Part shown: positions 58,301 to 64,000 of the stretch, piece by piece
Numbering within the stretch: the first letter of the stretch is position 1
Layout of the letters: each line of letters begins with the position of its first letter
Source: Ramlibacter sp.
Lineage (GTDB): Bacteria; Pseudomonadota; Gammaproteobacteria; Burkholderiales; Burkholderiaceae_C
NCBI RefSeq assembly: GCF_050250995.1
Contig: NZ_JBFWNP010000030.1
Span: 367 to 64,366 of the forward strand
DNA length: 64,000 nucleotides
Direction of reading: 5' to 3'
Notes under the pieces: model-generated
What the model was told of the DNA's origin: nothing
Seen by the model: the letters and a program-made list of their open reading frames with translations, nothing else
Database searches by the model: none
Translations under genes and position numbers: made by a program

Positions 58301-61300
58301 GTCACCGTGCGCGTGCCGGCACTGCCAGCGTTGCCGGCGGCGTCGGTTGCGGTGACGCTGATCGCGTGGTTGCCGTCGGCCGGAACCTGAGGGGCCCCGA
58401 ACGTCCGGCTCCAGTTGCCGTCGTTGCCGGCGGTGGCGGTGAGCGTCGTGCCGCCGAAGGTGACGGCCACCGTGGCGTTCGCTTCCGCGGTGCCGGCGAT
58501 GGTCACGCCGGCCTGCTTCTCGGCCGCATTGATCACGTCGTTCGCCGCAACGAGGCCGATGGTCGGCAGGCCCGGCGCGACCGTGTCGATGGTGATCGCG
58601 CGCGTGCCCGCGGCGCTCGCGTTGCCGGCCGCATCGGTGGCCACGGCGCTGATCGTCTCGGCGCCTTCCGCCATGGCGGCGATGTCGCCCGCGACGAGCG
58701 CATAGCTCCAGTCGCCATTGACGTCCGCGACCACCGTGCGCACGTTGCCCGTGCCCAGGGTGAGCGCAATCGATGCGCCGGCTTCGGCGGTGCCGGTGAT
58801 CGTCGATCCGGCTTCCGCCGCATTGACGACGTCGTCGCCGGCGACCACCGCGATGACGGGCGCGCCGGGCGCGCCGGTGTCGACCGCGATCGTCACGCTG
58901 CCGGCCCCGCCGTTGTTGCCCGCGGCATCGGTGTAGGCGCCGACCGCGACGGTCACGCCCGCGCTCGCATTGGTGGCGTTCGCCGCTGGCGTGAACGTCG
59001 CCGTGTAGACCTTCGGATCCCCGGTGCTCGCGAAGTTTGAAATCGTGCCGTCCGTCGCGGCGATGTCGCCCGCCACGAAGTCGAGCGGCGCTTCGCTGAA
59101 CGTGAACGTCAGCGTGGCCGTTTCGCCGTTGCCGACGCTGGACTTGCTGCTCGCGATCGAGAGCGTGGGCGCGGTCGTGTCGACCTTGTAGGCCGCGTCG
59201 TCGGTGACCGCGCCGTGCGTGAGCGTCGCGTCGTTGCCCGAGGCGTCCCTGAGCGCGCCCGCATTGAGCGCCAGCGCGTTCGCCGCGATCGCGATGCCGT
59301 TCGCATCCGTGTCGCCGGCCTGCACCGTGTACGCGAACGTCAGCGTCGTCGTGCCGCTGCCGCCCGTGTAGCTCGCCGCGCGGCTGTCCGCGCCCACGTT
59401 CAACGCCAGTTGCGGCGTGCCCGTCACGTTGGTGGCTTCGCTCATCGTCACCGTGACGGTGACCACGTCGCCCGCGTTCAGCGTGCTCGCCTGCGCACCC
59501 GTGGCGCTGGTGATCGCCACGCCCGTGACCGTCGGGCCGCCCGCGTCCACCGTGATTGCGCCCAGTTGCGCCGCCGTGCCCACGTTGCCCGCCGCATCGG
59601 TCTGCCGCACCTGCACCGCGTTGGCCGCATACGTGCCCGCGCCCAGCGTGAAGCTGCCGCCCGTGCCGGCCGTCCACGCGCCGCCGCCGTTGGTGCTGTA
59701 CTGCCACGTCGCGCCGGCCTCCAGCCCGCTCACGTCCACCTGGCCGTTGCTCGTGACGCCGTCGCTGTTGCTCGCGCCCGTGTCGCTCGCCAGCGCCGCC
59801 GTCGGCGCGTTCGGCGCCGTCGTGTCCACCTTGTACGCCGCGTTGTCGCTCGCCGCGCCATGCGCGAGCGTCGCGTCGTTGCCCGAGGCGTCCCGGAGCG
59901 TGCCCGCATTGAGCGCCAGCGCGTTGGCCGCAATGGCGATGCCGTCGATGTCCGTGTCGCCCGCCTGCACGGTGTAGCTGAACACCAGCGTCGTCGCCGT
60001 GCTCGCGCCCGCGTCGTACGTGGCCGTGCGCGCGTTCGATCCCACCTGCAGCGCCAACTCGGGGCTGCCCGTCACGGTCGTGGTTTCGCTCATCGTCACC
60101 GTGACGGTGACCACGTCGCCCGCGTTCAGCGTGCTCGCCTGCGCACCCGTGGCGCTGGTGATCGCCACGCCCGTGACCGTCGGGCCGCCCGCGTCCACCG
60201 TGATCGCGCCCAGCTGCGCCGCCGTGCCGACGTTGCCCGCCGCATCGGTCTGCCGCACCTGCACCGCGTTGGCCGCATACGTGCCCGCGCCCAGCGTGAA
60301 GCTGCCGCCCGTGCCGCTCGTCCACGCGCCGCCGCCGTTGGTGCTGTACTGCCACGTCGCGCCGGCCTCCAGCCCGCTCACGTCCACCTGGCCGTTGCTC
60401 GTGACGCCGTCGCTGTTGCTCGCGCCCGTGTCGCTCGCCAGCGCCGCCGTCGGCGCGTTCGGCGCCGCCGTGTCCACCTTGTACGCCGCGTTGCTCGTCA
60501 CCAGGGCATGCGTCAGGCTCGCGCCGACGCCGCCGGTGTCGCGGATCGTGCCGCCATTGAGCGAGATGGCATTGGTGCCGATGGAGATGCCGTCGAGGTC
60601 CGTCTCGCCCGCCTGGATGGTGTACGTGAAGACCAGCGTGCTGCCGCCCGACCCGCTCGCATACGTCGCGTTGACGGTCGTACCGCCGATTTGGAGCGCG
60701 ACCGAGGGGGCACCGCCCGTCGTGTCCACGAGCGTGTCTTCGCTCATCGTGACGGTGACGTTGACCACGTCGCCCGCATTCAGCGTGCTGTTCTGCGCCC
60801 CCGCGGCGCTCGTGATCGCGACCGAGGCCACGGTCGGCGCGCCACCGTCCACGACATACGGAATCGCGTTGCTGGCCTGACCGCTCGCATTGCCCGCGGC
60901 ATCGAGTTGCCGCACCCGCACCTCGCCACCCGAATAGGTTCCGTCGCCCAGCGTGAACGTGGTGCCCGAACCGGTTGCCCAGTCGGTGCCGCCATTGATC
61001 GAGTACTCCCACGTGGCGCCGGGTTCGATGCCGCCGACGGTGATCTCGCCGTTGCTCGTGACACCGTCGGCGTTGTCGGTGCCCGTGTCCGCGGTCAAGC
61101 CCATGGTCGGCGTGGCCGGGGCGGTGGTGTCGACCTTGTAGCTGGCATTGTCCGAAACGCTGCCGTGGCCCAGCGCCAGGTCGTTGCCCGCGCCGTCCTT
61201 CAGCGTGCCGCCGTTCGCGGCCAGCGCATTGCCGCCGATGGAAATGCCGTTGGCATCGGTGTCGCCGGCCGCGATCGTGTACTCGAAGACGAGGCTCGTC

Positions 61301-64000
61301 GTGCCGGAGCCGCTCGCGTAGGCCGCGATCCGGCTTTGCCCTCCAACGTCGAGCGTCAGCTGCGGATTGCCCGTGACCGTCGTCGCTTCGCTCATCGTGA
61401 CGGTGACGCTGACCTTGTCGCCCGCGTTCAGGGTGTTCGCCTGCGCGCCCGTCGCGCTCGTGATCGCCACGTTCGTGACCGTCGGCACCGTGCTGTCGAT
61501 CGTCACCGTGTTGGCCGATGCCGCGCTCACGTTGCCCGCGGCATCCACCGTGTACACCTTGTAGGTGCCGTCGATCAGCCCGGTGGCCGCCAGCGCCGTG
61601 TCCGCGTTCGCGCTTGCGATGGCGACCGCATTCCACACGTTGCCCGCCGCGTTCACGATGCTCGCTTCGTCCGTCACCGTCACGCTCGACGCCACCAGGT
61701 AGGCCGTGCCCGGCTCGCTGGACTGCACCAGCACCTCACCCGTGTTCGCGACCGTCGCCGCCGTCACGCTCGCCGTGGGCAGGCCGCTGTCGACCTTGTA
61801 CGCCGCGTTGTCGCTGGCCGCACCGTGCGTGAGCGTCGCGTCATTGCCGGACGCGTCCTTCAGCGTGCCCGAACCGAGGGACAGCGCATTCGCGGCAATC
61901 GCGATGCCGTTCGCGTCCGTGTCGCCGGCCTGCACCGTGTAGGCGAACGTCAGAGATGTCGTGCCGCTGCCGCCGGTGTAGCTTGCCGTGCGGCCCGTGC
62001 CGCCGACGTCCAGCGTGATTTCCGGCGTTCCCGTGACGGTCGTGGCTTCGCTCATCGTCACCGTCACGGTGACGACGTCGCCCGCGTTCAGCGTGCTGTT
62101 CTGCGCGCCCGTTGCGCTGGTGATCGCGACTCCGGCGACCGTGGGTCGCGCGGTGTCGACCGTGAGCGTGACCGTGTTGTTCGCATCCGCACCGTCGGTG
62201 TTCAGGTTGCCCGCGGCATCCGTGAACTTGCTGCTCGCCACGCTGATCGTGCCGTTGGCCGTGCTGTCCGCCGTCGGCGTGAACGTCGCCGTGCGCGTGA
62301 GGCCCGTGCCGCTCAAGGTGCCCAGCGTGCCGCCGCCCACCGCGATGTCGCTCGCGTCGAAGCTCGACCCCGGGTCTTCGCTGAACGTGAAGGTGATCGT
62401 GGCCGTCTCGCCGGCCTTCAAGGTCGCCGCATTGCTCGTGATGGCAATGGTCGGACGCTCGGAGTCGATCGTGAGCGTCACCGTGTTGTTGGCGTCGCCA
62501 CCGTCGGTGTTCAGGTTGCCTGCGGCGTCCTCGAACTTGCTGCTTGCAACGCTGATCGTGCCGTCGGCTGTGCTTCCTGCGGTCGGCGTGAATGTCGCGG
62601 TCCGCGTCAAGCCCGTGCCGCTGAGCGTCCCGAGCGTGCCGCCGGATACCGCGATGTCCGTGGCATCGAACGTCGCGCCCGGGTCTTCGCTGAACGTGAA
62701 GGTGATGGTCGCCGTCTCGCCCGACTTCAGCGTCGCCGCGTTGGTGGTGATCGCGACCGTCGGGCGTTCGGAGTCGATCGTCAGCGTGACCGTGTTGTTC
62801 GCGTCGCCGCCGTCGGCGTTCAGGTTGCCTGCGGCATCCGTGAACTTGCTGCTCGCCACGCTGATCGTGCCGTTGGCGGTGCTGTCCGCCGTCGGCGTGA
62901 ACGTCGCCGTCCGCGTGAGGCCCGTGCCGCTGAGCGTGCCCAACGTGCCGCCGGTCACCCCAATGTCGCTCGCGTCGAAGCTCGAACCCGGGTCTTCGGT
63001 GAAGGTAAACGTGATCGTCGCCGTCTCGCCCGCTTTCAGCGTCGCTGCGTTGCTGGTGATCGCCAACGTCGGCCGTTCGGAGTCGATCGTCAGCGTGACC
63101 GTATTGTTCGCGTCGCCGCCGTCGGTGTTCAGGTTGCCCGCGGCATCTTCGAACTTGCTGCTCGCCACGCTGATCGTGCCGTTGGCGGCGCTGTCCGCCG
63201 TCGGCGTGAACGTCGCGGTGCGCGTCAGGCCTGTGCCGCTGAGCGTGCCCAGCGTGCCGCCGCTCACCGCGATGTCGCTCGCGTCGAAGCTGGAGCCCGG
63301 GTCTTCGCTGAAGGTGAAGGTGATCGTCGCCGTCTCGCCCGCTTTCAGCGTCGCTGCGTTGCTGGTGATCGCCAACGTCGGCCGTTCGGAGTCGATCGTG
63401 AGGGTGACCGTGTTGTTGGCGTCGCCGCCATCCGCGTTCAGGTTGCCGGCGGCGTCCTCGAACTTGCTGATCGCCACGCTGATCGTGCCGTTGACCGTGC
63501 TGTCCGCCGTCGGCGTGAAGGTCGCCGTGCGCGTCAGGCCCGTGCCGCTCAGCGTGCCCAACGTGCCGCCGCTCACCGCGATGTCGGTGGCGTCGAAGGT
63601 CGCACCCGGGTCTTCGGTGAACGTGAAGGTGACCGTCGCCGTCTCGCCCGCCTTCAAGGTTGTGGCGTTGCTCGTGATGGCAACGGTCGGACGCTCCGAA
63701 TCGATCGTCAGCGTGACCGTGTTGTTCGCGTCACCGCCGTCGGTGTTCAGGTTGCCTGCGGCGTCCGTGAACTTGCTGCTCGCCACGCTGATCGTGCCGT
63801 TGGCTGTGCTGTCGGCCGTCGGCGTGAAGGTCGCCGTCCGCGTCAGACCCGTGCCGCTCAGCGTGCCCAGCGTGCCGCCGCTCACCGCGATATCGGTCGC
63901 GTCGAACGTCGCGCCTGGGTCTTCGCTGAAGGTGAAGGTGATGGTCGCCGTCTCGCCGGCCTTCAGCGTCGTTGCGTTGCCGGTGATCGCCAACGTCGGC
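49330..64000 (-). CDS. Giant repetitive surface adhesin (bacterial Ig-like, SwmA-type, cadherin and He_PIG-like domains); 5' end outside window
   Basis: Uninterrupted 4,887+ codon frame, T/A/G/V-rich, DAAGN-type repeats, DxxxNAAE motifs, cadherin-like DVDDEAP, LPxWLxFD domains. Confidence 0.93.
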   Translation of the reverse strand, partial: PTLAITGNATTLKAGETATITFTFSEDPGATFDATDIAVSGGTLGTLSGTGLTRTATFTPTADSTANGTISVASSKFTDAAGNLNTDGGDANNTVTLTIDSERPTVAITSNATTLKAGETATVTFTFTEDPGATFDATDIAVSGGTLGTLSGTGLTRTATFTPTADSTVNGTISVAISKFEDAAGNLNADGGDANNTVTLTIDSERPTLAITSNAATLKAGETATITFTFSEDPGSSFDASDIAVSGGTLGTLSGTGLTRTATFTPTADSAANGTISVASSKFEDAAGNLNTDGGDANNTVTLTIDSERPTLAITSNAATLKAGETATITFTFTEDPGSSFDASDIGVTGGTLGTLSGTGLTRTATFTPTADSTANGTISVASSKFTDAAGNLNADGGDANNTVTLTIDSERPTVAITTNAATLKSGETATITFTFSEDPGATFDATDIAVSGGTLGTLSGTGLTRTATFTPTAGSTADGTISVASSKFEDAAGNLNTDGGDANNTVTLTIDSERPTIAITSNAATLKAGETATITFTFSEDPGSSFDASDIAVGGGTLGTLSGTGLTRTATFTPTADSTANGTISVASSKFTDAAGNLNTDGADANNTVTLTVDTARPTVAGVAITSATGAQNSTLNAGDVVTVTVTMSEATTVTGTPEITLDVGGTGRTASYTGGSGTTSLTFAYTVQAGDTDANGIAIAANALSLGSGTLKDASGNDATLTHGAASDNAAYKVDSGLPTASVTAATVANTGEVLVQSSEPGTAYLVASSVTVTDEASIVNAAGNVWNAVAIASANADTALAATGLIDGTYKVYTVDAAGNVSAASANTVTIDSTVPTVTNVAITSATGAQANTLNAGDKVSVTVTMSEATTVTGNPQLTLDVGGQSRIAAYASGSGTTSLVFEYTIAAGDTDANGISIGGNALAANGGTLKDGAGNDLALGHGSVSDNASYKVDTTAPATPTMGLTADTGTDNADGVTSNGEITVGGIEPGATWEYSINGGTDWATGSGTTFTLGDGTYSGGEVRVRQLDAAGNASGQASNAIPYVVDGGAPTVASVAITSAAGAQNSTLNAGDVVNVTVTMSEDTLVDTTGGAPSVALQIGGTTVNATYASGSGGSTLVFTYTIQAGETDLDGISIGTNAISLNGGTIRDTGGVGASLTHALVTSNAAYKVDTAAPNAPTAALASDTGASNSDGVTSNGQVDVSGLEAGATWQYSTNGGGAWTSGTGGSFTLGAGTYAANAVQVRQTDAAGNVGTAAQLGAITVDAGGPTVTGVAITSATGAQASTLNAGDVVTVTVTMSETTTVTGSPELALQVGSNARTATYDAGASTATTLVFSYTVQAGDTDIDGIAIAANALALNAGTLRDASGNDATLAHGAASDNAAYKVDTTAPNAPTAALASDTGASNSDGVTSNGQVDVSGLEAGATWQYSTNGGGAWTAGTGGSFTLGAGTYAANAVQVRQTDAAGNVGTAAQLGAITVDAGGPTVTGVAITSATGAQASTLNAGDVVTVTVTMSEATNVTGTPQLALNVGADSRAASYTGGSGTTTLTFAYTVQAGDTDANGIAIAANALALNAGALRDASGNDATLTHGAVTDDAAYKVDTTAPTLSIASSKSSVGNGETATLTFTFSEAPLDFVAGDIAATDGTISNFASTGDPKVYTATFTPAANATNASAGVTVAVGAYTDAAGNNGGAGSVTIAVDTGAPGAPVIAVVAGDDVVNAAEAGSTITGTAEAGASIALTLGTGNVRTVVADVNGDWSYALVAGDIAAMAEGAETISAVATDAAGNASAAGTRAITIDTVAPGLPTIGLVAANDVINAAEKQAGVTIAGTAEANATVAVTFGGTTLTATAGNDGNWSRTFGAPQVPADGNHAISVTATDAAGNAGSAGTRTVTVDATAPGTPGAPAIAENAGGGINSIEAADGTVAVVDLTGTNATAGDTLRINWGAQTYTYTLTAGDVSGGSASVTVPDTTITAQGNGTFNVTTQVVDAAGNASAASAPTSVTVALAGPNAPGSAPTIAENAGGGINAAEAADGTDVAVSLAGTNAVAGDTVRVLWGTQIVDYTVTSGDVTAGTATVNVSNAVVSAQGAGTFNVTGRVIDSANNVGGLSPVTSVTVDLTPPAAPVIDLVAGNDEINAAEAGSAITGTAEANATVNLTLGTGNVRAVTADGSGQWTYTLVGADITALGQGAATISATATDAAGNVSSAGTRAITLDTATPGAPVVNAVSGDNFVNAAEKTAGLTLSGTAEANAAISVTFGGTTLTTTADGSGNWSQAFTPAQIPVDGTYTVSVTATDAAGNASLAGTRSVTVDTATPGTPVIDVVAGNDVINSGEAGSAITGTAEAGATVSLTLGSGNVRTVTADGSGQWTYTLVAADITAMGQGAETISATAADAAGNVSAATTRAISIDTGTPGLPSIGAVAADDNVSAAEKSAGLTLTGAAEANASVAVTFGGTTLTTTADGAGNWSQAFSSAQIPADGTYTVSVTATDAAGNVSSSASRSVTVDTGGPNAPTINVVAGNDVINAAEAGSAITGTAEANATISLTLGSNVRTFTADANGDWTYTLVAADITAMGQGAETISVTATDAAGNVSGATTRSIGIDTGTPVAPVVGVVAGDDLVSDAEKTSGITIAGTAEANAAVSVVFGGTTLTTTADGSGNWSRAFTAAQIPADGTYTVSVTATDAAGNVSSAGTRSVTVDTGGPGAPAINVVAGNDIVNAGETASVITGTAEANATVNLTLGIGNVRTFTADANGDWSYTLVPADIAAMGEGAETISVTATDTTGNVSGTVTRAITIDTGAPGAPALNAIATDDVVNAAEKTAGVTLSGTAEADATVSVTFGGTTLTTTADGSGVWTRNFASGDLPADGTYTVSATATDAAGNVSSAGSRSVTVDTTAPSAPGTAPAIAENGGGGINATEAADGTPVVVDLTGTGAVAGETLRINWGSQTFNYTLTSGDVTGNSATVTVPEATITAQGTGTFNVTTQLVDSVGNASAASAATSVSVVLAGPVAPAGAPTVSENAGGGISAAEAANGTPVVVNLGGTNAVAGDTLRINWGAQVVDYTLTSGDIAGSSATVIVSQATIAAQGAGTFGVTSRVVDAANNVGGVSAATSVTVDLTAPAAPTIATIAGDDAIDASEAGSAIAGTAEAGATVSLTLGAGNVRTVTADGSGNWTYTLVAADIMAMGQGTETISVTAADATGNVSPATTRTITIDTDVPGTSTIAVVAGDDRIAASEKTAGVTISGTTEANASVSIAFGSTTLTTTADASGQWSQAFTSAQIPADGTHTVSVTATDTSGNVGATVTRSVVVDTGLPSAPVVTAVAGDDRVSASEKAAGIEIGGTAEANASISVTFGGTTLTTTADGSGNWSRTFTSAQIPADGSYTVSVTATDAAGNVSSAGTRAITVATGAPGAPSIDIVAGNDVVNAAEAGSTITGTAGSNASVALTLGSGNTRTVTADGSGQWSYTLVAADLTAMGQGTETISAVATDTDGNVSAAGTRTITIDTAAPGVPTLGSVAANDVIDATEKAAGVTVIGTAEANATVSVTFGSTTLTTTADGSGNWSRAFASAQIPADGTYTVSVVATDAAGNPSAAATRTVTVDTAAAPDTTPPTAPTLAMSADTGTSASDGTTSNGLMQVGGLETGATWQYSVDSGATWTTGSGSAFTLASGQYAAGAVQVRQSDAAGNISVAASHPTAITIDTGAPTLASATANGSSIVLTYADSGSGLAAANPATGDFVVDVAGSARAVTAVNVDAVAGTVTLTLASAVDSGESVKVSYTPGANPLADVAGNVAAALVDRAVSNGSSDVTAPAAPTLDLVAASDSGASDSDNITADTTPTVRVTLAGSGAAAPVAGDVVRLFADGIEVASATLSATDITGGFVEITPTLTAGTRSMTATVTDAAGNASGVSPALAIVVDTSAPVLSAAHATGTTLVLTYTEAGGLAGTTPAAGDYTVKVGGAARGVDSVSVDAAAKTVTLTLASAVSGGDTITVGYAPGSSALVDLAGNTAVTFTDATVTNGAPPAPPPPPPPAPEPPPPPPPAPPPPAPAPDTPPVVAAGQLFEYNENSVAGDTVGDVTANDDVGVAAFRFTATGTTTSADGFFTIGNDGRVVLTAAGAASAANDFEATPNVFMYSVQAQDTKGQWSPAETFTLRVRDVDDEAPVIASGQVISYSENSAAGDALGWVTATDGGAVMAFRFADSGGNMSADGNFMISSGGQIRMTAAGAASAAVNDFETAPNEMTEMVQARDAAGNWSQAVAVRMRVLDVNDTAAPPPAPEPPPPPPAPAPEPPAPPPVEPPPPAPPPPAPPPVDNGGGGGAVVPPAPQPPAPPPPAPQPPAPPPPAPAPEPPAPPAPAPEPPAPPPPAPVPVPPPPAPVPEPPAPPPPAPVPVPVPPPPAPVTVPAPAPVVVPTAPVAAPIPAPVTIEQILQPTPTSASAEAPAPASPTLNTSTLTGPSTLTGGSGTLPNVARTIVAAPGAATGANAPAADVSTGIVTIQPVGTPAAASRVVEPVRTGFQAATPTTAGTSTGAPPPTAVTVLNGIPDLRASSNGVSFAIPSDAFAAGGTGIVTLEARQADGSPLPPWLVFDSTSGLINGRPETGPMPTLQLQIVASDDAGRQVRTNFAIVSDATRSGNLSTPLFSTVTATAPTFNVARVTPEQLGLARSPQGNDTLVRFEPITTQPTVTSGGFSITIPPSAFAHTSATATVQLEAGLANGQPLPNWVRFDAATGQITGQPPLGFNDLLQIRVVARDNNGLEASTQVNIQVGAGGNASLVPSVPGESADQRSTAPADPGQADAAFVDTSETAEAKDGENEDARKEEKPAKRAAAKFADQIRTAREQTPGRSDQALLARALDGQPAKRPPGGRAGA
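50690..51135 (-). repeat. Pro-rich low-complexity repeat (PPPAPEPP/PAPQPP)n; second short block at about 51800-51890
   Basis: Read from translation and GGCGGC-rich DNA. Confidence 0.9.
53150..58890 (-). repeat. 19 tandem Ig-like domains of three subtypes
   Basis: Order A B C C A B A B A B A B C C A B B A B (A: TLTLGxGNVRT; B: VTFGGTTLT...QIPADG; C: AENAGGGINA). Confidence 0.8.
59437..60508 (-). repeat. Near-identical internal duplication, offset 648 bp
   Basis: About 59437-59860 matches 60085-60508 almost base for base. Confidence 0.85.
62146..64000 (-). repeat. Six tandem 309-bp (103-aa) Ig-like repeats, probably continuing beyond the window
   Basis: ERPT.AITSN..TLKAGETATITFTFSEDPG...NNTVTLTIDS; period 309 measured at 63072/63381. 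Confidence 0.92.

Noticed and set aside
49766-61942. Very long alternative-frame ORFs (50971-56178 +, 54656-61636 -, 49766-54151 -)
   Set aside because: R/G/H-rich shadows of a GC-rich repetitive gene with no protein-like motifs.

Overview
High-GC betaproteobacterial DNA; gene content suggests Burkholderiales/Comamonadaceae (Ramlibacter/Variovorax-like). Left 17 kb is an accessory/defence-rich zone: a decayed OLD-family nuclease fused to an unrelated 3' fragment, two diverged copies of a YlcI/YnfO-RelE/ParE toxin-antitoxin module bracketing an 8.5 kb GntR/SDR/polyamine-type ABC cargo, and an AT-richer island (about 12.0-16.6 kb). The island holds a PIN-GNAT-EVE/ASCH gene, an ASCH gene, a broken P-loop kinase/ATPase, and a stand-alone UG/Abi-type reverse transcriptase flanked on both sides by hairpin-rich non-coding DNA (best candidate for an undescribed system). 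The middle (16.6-42.8 kb) is mostly housekeeping, signalling and transport: rarD, tag, htpG, a hybrid kinase, rluF, Crp, an acyl-CoA ligase/Liv ABC cluster, Bug proteins, cfa and MarR/aryl-CoA ligase. The right 21 kb (minus strand) encodes a giant repetitive Ig/cadherin adhesin (>4,880 aa, open at the window edge), followed by TolC and three HlyD-type proteins, one fused to a site-2 protease-like domain, with no ABC ATPase in the downstream cluster. All calls are from motif recognition by eye; no searches or folding programs were run.
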